Shown piece after piece: positions 53,414 to 64,000 of a DNA stretch of 64,000 nucleotides. The DNA comes from Balanoglossus misakiensis (lineage: Eukaryota > Animalia > Hemichordata): contig CM082589.2 in NCBI GenBank assembly GCA_040954595.2, forward strand, positions 62,001 through 126,000, written 5' to 3'. Position 1 is the first letter of the stretch, and the number at the start of each line of letters is the position of its first letter. Under the pieces are notes generated by a model that had not been told where the DNA came from, searched no databases, and saw nothing but the letters and a program-made list of their open reading frames with translations. The translations under genes and the position numbers were made by a program.

Positions 53414-56330
53414 GGTGGTAATGGAGTGACTGAATCTTTTCAAATTATAACATCAACAGCATTGAACGGGATTGAGTTCTTTAATTGAATGATCACCCAA
53501 TTCCATTCATAGTGGTAATTAAAAGTTCAGCAAGCCTGAAAAAAATTATAGAATTTGAACAGTTTTTAATTTGCTGAATTTCCAGCATTGCAATGGATAT
53601 CCTCATTCACTGATTTTCATATATCACACACAGATCAAGAATTCTTAAGCAAAAAAGACAAGACAACTTCTAATAAATTGTACGAGACTTAAAAAGGCAA
53701 AAATGCACCCAAGCCAGGCCAAGGTAACTTTATTTTATTTCAGAAATTCAGTCTCATTACAAATTACTCATGAAACAATGCTTCTGAAGTTATATTTTTT
53801 AGGCTTTGAATTAAAAGTGCACACGTTGTCGGACTTGAAAGTTCTCGTTATTTATGCATGAGGGTCTGGCAATGAAACAAACCGCCATTCCAACAGGCAA
53901 AACACCAACGACCACTTTTAAACAAACCAGACAAAATATTGATTTTCTGAAGCCACATAAAATTTAACACCTCAGGGTTTCACAACAGACTCGGCCGTTT
54001 TCCAATACACATGTAAATTACTTTCTCAGTTTTATCACGTCTTTGTCTCTATCCCGTTGCTAACCAATCCAGCCACTAAAAATTCATTGACAAACGGAAA
54101 TCTACATATAACTATTAATAGCAAAGTGGCCCAGCTGGTTGTATTGTTCCGGTGTCGCTATTATCTCCACGCGTCAATTACATACAGGGTCTCACACATA
54201 GTTGTAGGTGATAACTACTATGTCCTTGTGTGATCTTTCGCGACTGTTTAAGGAATCCACGACGCTGACTTAACATTATAGGTGATCTCTGACCTGATAC
54301 AAACACCCTGTCGATGCGTAATCTCAAGAACTTGTCTTAATTTCTGACGGTGGCCAAACGACAGGGAAACTTGCAATTGCATTGCGTCGATTTCAGTGCG
54401 TGCAACCGCACCTTATTTTTGTCCAAAATTATTAAAAACACAGACCTTTTTCATTTAAATTGTCAGACACTTAAACTCCGTGGAATATTAGGTTCATAAA
54501 TATTAATTTCGTCTTGTCCCAATCCAATCTATATCATATCCTCTGTACAGGCCATTCAACTGTCATGGCGGAGAACACTCGAGCTCAAGGTGAAATCGCG
54601 ACGTCGCGCACAAAATTTTTGCAAACTCTACTGTTATGCCATATTTTGTCGAAAATAATGTTAGTACTACTCACCTGAATATCCGCAAACATTGCAAGAC
54701 AAAAACGCAGCAAAAATAACTGGAATAGGTTCTTAAAAATACCACTTAACGAACATAAAACATATGTAGATATATCAGCTCAAAGACCAAAACAAACGGT
54801 CCTGTTGCTGTGTCACGTGCCTATATTCTGATTGTTGATTGGAAGATTCATTGAACCTGTCCTGGCGAGACGCAAAGTTCTCATCCTTTTTTCCCCAAGT
54901 GACTTTTAAAAAACATACTATTGTCGCTTTGAAGTTGAAAAAAATATAGAAAATATAAAAGAAGTGGCGCGTATTACAAACATTAATGCATATGTAGTGA
55001 GAAAGATCTAGATAGCCACTCGAGTTAATTAAAAAGAGGGACCAACAATCGTCTATCAGACTCAATCGATAATCTTCTCCTCATCCATGATCTCAGACTT
55101 GGAACCGAGTAAAGTACAGACTGACGTCTGTTGAGATCGACAAACGATTGAGATATTGACTGCATTTTCTAATTATTGTATAATTTGTTTTGACACGAAA
55201 CAGGACTTCAAAAATATGTCATCTACTTACAAGAAAACCACCAAAGGACGTTGATTGATACATAGAACGAAAACTGAAAATATTACCAAAAGTCGGCAAC
55301 AGCTGCTGTTCATGATCAGCCACCTCAAGATCTGTCTCCTTTCTTGATTTTTTTTCTATTGTTAATTCGCAAAACGTGGCATTTAACTTGAGAAGTTTAT
55401 ATTGAAACGTATACATGTAGTATTATACGGAGTTGCGCTTCAGAAAAAGTAAGCTCCTCAAACTAAAGCGTGAACGTCTTCAATGGCGCCCTCTACGGCC
55501 AACACGAAAATACACATCTTTTGCAAAATTATGAAGGCCTTCTCAAGATGAACACTTTTTTATGTGTCTGGTGACATGGTGTTCTGAAGCAATGATTATC
55601 ATATGTTGTGACGACAGTCCCACATGTCAGCATACCCTCAAACGTTCACAAATCAAGGAATCAGTACTCTTTCCTGTAGGTTTGGAAAGAAGGGTCAGAA
55701 TGTGCAAAAACACTGATTTATTTTTAACATATGACAAAACGTGAGTCAAACAGGAGAGCCCTCTGAATCATACAAGCTTTGACACACTCCACTTCCTGCT
55801 TAAAAGAGGATGTGACAAAAGTAGAGGTCAATTGGAAGGTCAGTGTGACCTTCCTCTTTAGTCATTTTTCAGGACAATTCAGCGACAAAATTCTTTGAGT
55901 TGCTAGGGCACCCAAAGATACACTATAAAGAGCAAGCGTTGAAGGGAGATTTCTGTAGTTTTCACCATGGGTGCAAACTTGTTCATGGCAGTATCAACTG
56001 ATCATGCTAATTATATTTTCCACACACTTCAAGTTAACACATGACAACTTCTTCATTTTAATTCAATGTTTTATTTGCTCACAGTTACGTTGGTGCAATA
56101 CATGAAGTCTTGGTAACATACTTGCCAAAAATGCATTGATCAGAATTTCAAATAATGCATGCCTAGGCACAAACAACAAAGGTAATATCAATTTCCGCAG
56201 TCTTTTCCACAGAATTATCAACTTTTTCTTTAATACGTAACATGTATTTGCACTTCCCTGATTTCAATAAACTAAGAGTTCACATTCAGCTAATGAGGCA
56301 TTTTGCATCAAGCTTGAAGTTCATGTTAAT

Positions 56331-58313
<1,983 letters not shown>

Positions 58314-58964
58314 TCATATCATTTGCATGTACAATCAGCAATCCGGTAGAAAGGTCACAGTCGGTGACGCAGCGAAAATGCCGCCCAGGAAAAAACAGGC
58401 TTACTTCCTACAATTTGATGACGTGGTACAAATGCATTTTCCCCTTACACTTTTATATTCGAAAAAAAGTGTGCTCACGTAAGAATAAATGATCGAAAAA
58501 GGACAATCTGTTCGGAGAAATGTTTATTTCAAGGTTTGGTCAGAAGGGAACAAAGCGTCCTCCATTTTCTCTTTCGTTTACAGAACAAAATCACACGAAT
58601 TTCCAATAAAACATTTCGGACAATAGTTTCTGATGAATTAATTGAATTAAACGGTAGAAGATATTTTACTTTATAGATGATTCCACGGTAATTAAACTGA
58701 AATTTTCACGATCGAACAAAAGCGGGAACACCGGGATTGGATTGTGTCTGGAGATGTCGCTTACACTTATCTTGTGAATTCAGCCGACAATATTAACCCT
58801 TGATCATTATTTCCTCCAGGCAGGAAATTTTACACGTTTTTCTCTAAAATGTGAATTGGAGAAAACGAACCTTACCTTTTTTCTTTAAATCCTGCAAAGG
58901 GATGAACGTTTATGCTTTATGCCGCTGAACTCTCAGACGCTATATGACTCGACACGAAGGCGGA

Positions 58965-59125
58965 ATGTTATATATCCTGTTTTCTGTAGCAAGGAAGAGT
59001 GTGCTGATTGGACAACTACAGTCAGCTGATACGATTTCATTGTTTTGATTGGCTGTCTATATTCGGATATGACATCATGATGATTGGTTGCTATATGGGG
59101 CGAAGTTCTCGAACTTCGTGGAACG
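58965..59125 (-). promoter_or_regulatory. Polyubiquitin promoter: TATA box, three CCAAT boxes, imperfect heat-shock element
   Basis: TATATAA on minus strand at about 58968-58974; ATTGG at about 59007, 59048, 59083; TTC-tc-GAA-(7 nt)-GAA in 5-bp register at 59106-59123. Confidence 0.6.
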
Positions 59126-61032
59126 CGACGAGACTTGCGTAAGCCGAAAAGACAAAAGCATTCGAAACAAATATTATGACGACAATCGGAAAGATAAGAC
59201 TGTTCGCGAATTATCATGATAATAAATAGGTGAATGATCGTCACAGTCGCAGTGTATGTCGACAAGCACTATGCAATACCAGTTGCGCCGTGTGAATATT
59301 GACCAATGGTACATTTATTGAATATAAGTTTTACATTTTCTTAAACAGCAAGACGCTAGCGATGTTTCATTTTATATATCAACCAGTTGACTGCTACACA
59401 AACATTTCTCATACGAATTACTAGAACTTACTAAATCTTGTTTGGTGAATATGACTTTTGGAATGGAGTGTAAACACACAACTATACAGGTTCTGTAAAA
59501 GCTTTAGTGCCCAGCGCAAAGATCAAATCTGCCAGAGTTTAGTTGGGTTACATATTAAACTGACTTAGACAATCAGCTCTCAGCTGTCCGTCATAAAAAC
59601 CATTGAGCTAAAATGCTCAATGATACAATCAAACATAAATATCAAGTTATGACCTAGAGATAATAACCAGCCTTCAGACGTCCTTCACAACGAACATAAA
59701 TTTGTGTAACATTTTCTTTTTAGTACCTTGAGGTATTTGTGCATAAGGACAACACTAGTACTGCAGTCAATAATTTAAAGAACACAGATCATTGAATACA
59801 ATACTGTCTGATGTATGGGGCACTGTATTTTATACAATACATAAAATATCTCAAAATGTACATTGCAATCAAGTATATAACGAAAATGAACAATTGAATG
59901 AACACTCTACTGCTTGTGAAATAAGGTCTTTTGTTTTATTCAGGGTTATATCAATTGTGAAAATGAAAGAGGACATGAATTGGAATGTACGGTATCTGGG
60001 CTGATAAAAGACCTGCTTTCATTTTGCATTGAAACCTGGCATTTGATGCTTTGCATGAGAATTTCCCTAATATCTATAAATAGACACAACTCACAGTGTA
60101 TAACCAAGCAAGTCAGTGGTTGCTATGGCAACTGCAAAAAGGTGATGGCAGAGGTGACCTGTATTTTCACTTGTTAAAAAATAAAACATCTTCAAGACAT
60201 GAATGACACACAGGTTTTATTTTTATCCCTAAAATATCAGGAAATCATGAGGAAAACCTGTCTGCAATTTAGATTTTATCAAGAATGTACATGTAATTCA
60301 AATGAATAGACTTGATTATCTGACAACCCAGGGCCTCAGACAAAATGATGTGAAATTTCGCTTAATTCCCAACGATATAAATTTTGTATCAAATTTGTTG
60401 TTTTACAACACAACCAATTTATGCTCCTTTTGAGTTTGCCGTCATTCATTGGAAATTTTGGTCATAAATAAACTGGACTGCCATTTATGTGTTAAATAAT
60501 TTGAGGCTCTTCAGGATAGTTCTTGGCACAGTGCCAGGTTACTTTAGATGTAGCAATCTGGCAAACAAGGAGCTGTGTCAGCGCCCCCTACATGTGATAA
60601 ATATTTCAGTCACAGGAAAATTACATGATTGAATTACATATTTGTTTAGTTTTAGATTAGACTTTCCTCTGGCAGAAGAATCCCCCCAATGATTGATTGA
60701 TTTATTATAAAAAAAGTTAGATTTTGACAAAATCATGAAAATATTAGCATTCAAAAATCATACATGCTGTATGTACCATAGTTACAATTAATATAATTCA
60801 TCACTATAAAATCTATGTGCATTTATTTAATAGTTCACAAAATTTGCATTGTTCTTTTACAGTTACAATATTTTTGCAGTGACATTTAAAAATAGTGTAA
60901 ATACTCTTCTATTATCTGATATTGAAAATTACTCTTGACGCCAATATAACTGCCATAGCTAGCATATGACAGACTGCATCATGTCAACATCACCACCACC
61001 ACTAAATACCATGATCCATATCACAACAATTA

Positions 61033-62478
61033 TTATTTCAACACAGGATAACATGAAGCAAGTCTCTTTCCCCAGCGATGAGCAACGATCTCAAAGTTGT
61101 AATCTTCCACTTCAATCAAGTTGGAGTCCTGGCCGCACAAGAAACAAATCGTATACAATGCAATTTCAAATTCTGGACTGGTACCGATGAATGTGCTGCC
61201 CACAGCTTTGACGTCTTGCTTCCAGCTGAACTGAACGCTGATGAGACGTGGGTTGTCCACTGGTTTATGTGATCTCTGTCATGAAAAGATATGTGAGAAG
61301 TTCTATGAGATTATTCAAAGAATACACAGCCACAAATGAAACATTTGTGATCTTACCATGCCATTGATGAAAGACTATTCCCCATTTCTTATCATATGTG
61401 TGCTTCCTTACCCTTCCTCTGGGTGGAATCCATCCTTTGTAATCTATATTTCCTCGCTTTTCTTGCAGGAAAAACTGGATCCAGTTGTGAAAACCCATGA
61501 CATCATCTGTTCCACATCGTGTCTCTCCAACAAAGACATGTTCGAATCCGGAGGAGTCCATATTCCTGTAGAAATAATATGAATAATGTCAGATAATTTT
61601 GCTTTTGCTGCAGAATTGTAATTTTCATTAGATATTGTTGCTTTTCTTCAACCTTGAGGGCTTGGCAACCACAATAAGGGAAGAGTAGGTCCCCCTAGTC
61701 TCCTATGTCATATAACTGGTCCCCCTAGTCTCCTATGTCATATAACTGGTCCCCCTAGTCTCCTAGATAACTTACCTGTTACCCTTCGTTCTTCTGTACA
61801 GCTTAAACCAAATTTCATAAAGTTGTTCTTTGAAAGCACTTTCATCATCTGGTGAAACTCCTTTTGCTACAAGGAACTTTTGTGCTTCTTTCATCACCTG
61901 TACAAAAATACATACATGAAATACCACAGAATAAATCCCTTTGGAATCTGTATCATGTGAACAGCTACACCTTGACATTTAAACATTGTATCAAATTCAT
62001 TCTATTGTTCTCTGACATAGTACCTTTGTTTTCATAATTGCATTGATGAAATTCCAGTTTTCACGGTATTCTTCTGGTGTGACCTCTTCTGGTAGACCTG
62101 TCTCTTGCTCATAATTATCAAGAAGAGCAATAAAGCCTGAAATAATAATTATAATAAGAAATGACTACATTTGCATTACATCTGCACATCTCATAGAAAC
62201 AACCAAAACAATAGTATGCATTTTAAGACTTCTGAAGTAATTGTTTCCTGAAACTAAATTAGAAATGTAATGAAACTATACATACGTTTGAAGGTTTCTT
62301 TGCGGAATACACTTTCCTTGACATACGAAAAGAGGGGATCACTGGCTCTGTCTTGTCTTCCGTCAAGGTAAACTTTCGTCTTGCCTTGAAGATCAATGGC
62401 AAAGTCTTCACCAGGTATCAGCTGGTTCTCATCCAACTCCCATAGTTTGCTAATAATCTCTGATAAATCACTATCCAT
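61033..62478 (-). CDS. ENDOU: Poly(U)-specific endoribonuclease (EndoU/XendoU family)
   Basis: Exons about 62286-62478, 62020-62136, 61776-61897, 61412-61566, 61033-61275: LWELDENQL, FIALLDNYE, LYEIWFKLY, DSSGFEHVFVGE, GFHNWIQFFLQEK, FIGTSPEFEIALYT, SCYP. Confidence 0.92.
61688..61765. repeat. 30-bp tandem repeat, about 2.6 copies, in an EndoU intron
   Basis: GGTCCCCCTAGTCTCCTATGTCATATAACT repeated exactly. Confidence 0.9.
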
Positions 62479-63098
62479 TCTGCAATTAATTCAATCAATC
62501 ATTCAGTTAAAGATCCAATAACGATTTTGAGATGACTGCTGTCTTCTATCTTGAGCTGAAACTTGAAATATTTCAACAAGATCGATATATTTTTGTTTCT
62601 CACCACACAAGAAGATGGGTCCATCAGTTGAATAAAAAGATCTCAATTCACCATTCAAAATGTATATAGTAACTTTTTAGTACAATGATTTTTCAGACAA
62701 AAGTAATTCTATATCAAGGTAAAATCAATTGCATACCTGCCAGCCATGTTTAATGTTTCAACTGTTAATTCAACCAATCACCTACAAGAAAATAGCATTA
62801 AACAAATATAAATACAGGTAAGTGATTACTGAGACTTGTAGCAAATTCTATTCATTAAATCGGATGTGTTCAACAACAGATTCAGTGTCATGCAAATGAA
62901 TATGCCACGTATCTCGTCTGAACTTGTGTGGTTAATCATTCTCGTTTCTACTACCTCCATTGGTGATCAAAGTTCAGAGTGCCATATAGCAAAGAATAAA
63001 ATGCAATTTTATAGCCCCACTACACAAAACGTCCCATTTTAGAGTTTGAATAATGGGTGTTGTAAACTGGAGGTGCATATCATATTTTGTAATCGTGT

Positions 63099-63173
63099 TA
63101 GTCTAGAATCTATCCGTTCGTAGTCGCATTCACCCAGGGTGAATGCGACTACGAACGGATAGATTCTAGACTA
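63099..63173. mobile_element. 75-bp perfect hairpin insertion with 9-bp TSD
   Basis: Arm TAGTCTAGAATCTATCCGTTCGTAGTCGCATTCACCC (37 bp), 1-nt centre, exact reverse complement; TAATCGTGT duplicated at 63090-63098 and 63174-63182. Confidence 0.9.
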
Positions 63174-63883
63174 TAATCGTGTATATCAGTGATTATCACT
63201 TAAAATTTCATAGCGTTGACCAAAGCCACTGCAATCTAAATTAAACATATGATAAAGCTGTTTTCGTTTGGGATTAATCTGAATATACTCCATGAGTTGT
63301 TTGGGGGTCAAGTTGGAATGTGTTGTAAAACAAAAACGGGCAAAGTGGGTGTGTACAAATCATTAAACTTCACTGGTAGTGCCCCAGTGGTAGTTGTGAA
63401 ATGAACATTGGGACCACCGGCCGATTCTACAACACTAATGTGATTTGTGACTTGTTTGATAAGCCTGCGGCCCTGGTCACCTGAATCGATCTTTTACCTG
63501 GATTTCCTTCGTTTGAAGTATTGATTGACTCCGTTGGTCACGTCACCACGCCTCTCGGTCAAGCTGTCGGACGTTGCCCAGCCGATGAATGAAGCCAAGC
63601 TGTGTTGATCAAGATGCAAACTTTGCCCTTTGACCCCGCCCCTCTTATGAACTCCCTGGCCTGGGATGGACTGAATAACCGGCTATTTTACTGAACTCTT
63701 CGTTTAATCACAGAATCGCCCCTGTTACAGTGTCTTAGTTTTCAATCATTAAGTCACTTGTCAACTTCAATCTTGTCAAAACATACATGTCAATCAACAT
63801 ATCGCGATAAAACCGTGTGTGAAATTGTGTTCGTTGTAACACCTAGTTAGGGGGTCCTATCATGCCACTTTCTAAACACGATC

Positions 63884-63937
63884 ATGGCGAAGAAATACCT
63901 CACCGATGAACAGATCGCCGGTTTCGACAAATATAAG
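63884..63937 (+). CDS. SELENOI: First coding exon of ethanolaminephosphotransferase 1 (selenoprotein I); gene continues beyond the window
   Basis: MAKKYLTDEQIAGFDKYK followed by a GT donor; resembles the human SELENOI N-terminus MAGYEYVSPEQLAGFDKYK. Confidence 0.8.
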
Positions 63938-64000
63938 GTAGACTGATCATTTACAGTACTTATTTTGGTGAATGTCTATAAAGGCCGTTGTGATGTTGTC

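Noticed and set aside
61688-61765. 30-bp repeats as a CRISPR-like array
   Set aside because: No spacers, eukaryotic intron, no cas genes; a simple minisatellite.

Overview
Gene-dense, AT-rich, intron-containing animal genomic DNA, most likely a marine invertebrate (taxon is inference; short TTAGGG runs are present). Spliced genes read from the sequence, in order: divergent TRPC-family channel (+), MDC1 (-, FHA plus tandem BRCT), ITIH-like VIT+vWA protein (+), geminin (-), TBPL1/TRF2 (+), cytosolic carboxypeptidase AGBL5/CCP5 (-), 8-unit polyubiquitin (-), EndoU (-), and the first coding exon of SELENOI/EPT1 (+) at the right edge. Notable signals: a U12-type AT-AC last intron in MDC1; two palindromic TAG...CTA foldback insertions with 9-bp target-site duplications near gene 5' ends; a TRPC with a long S3-S4 loop carrying an RQRR furin-type site, no Zn-binding motif and a GC-AG intron; a probably GPI-anchored ITIH; and an 85-bp TTAA mini-MITE family. 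I see no evidence for a wholly new multi-gene system. Exon boundaries were read by eye and need RNA-seq confirmation.
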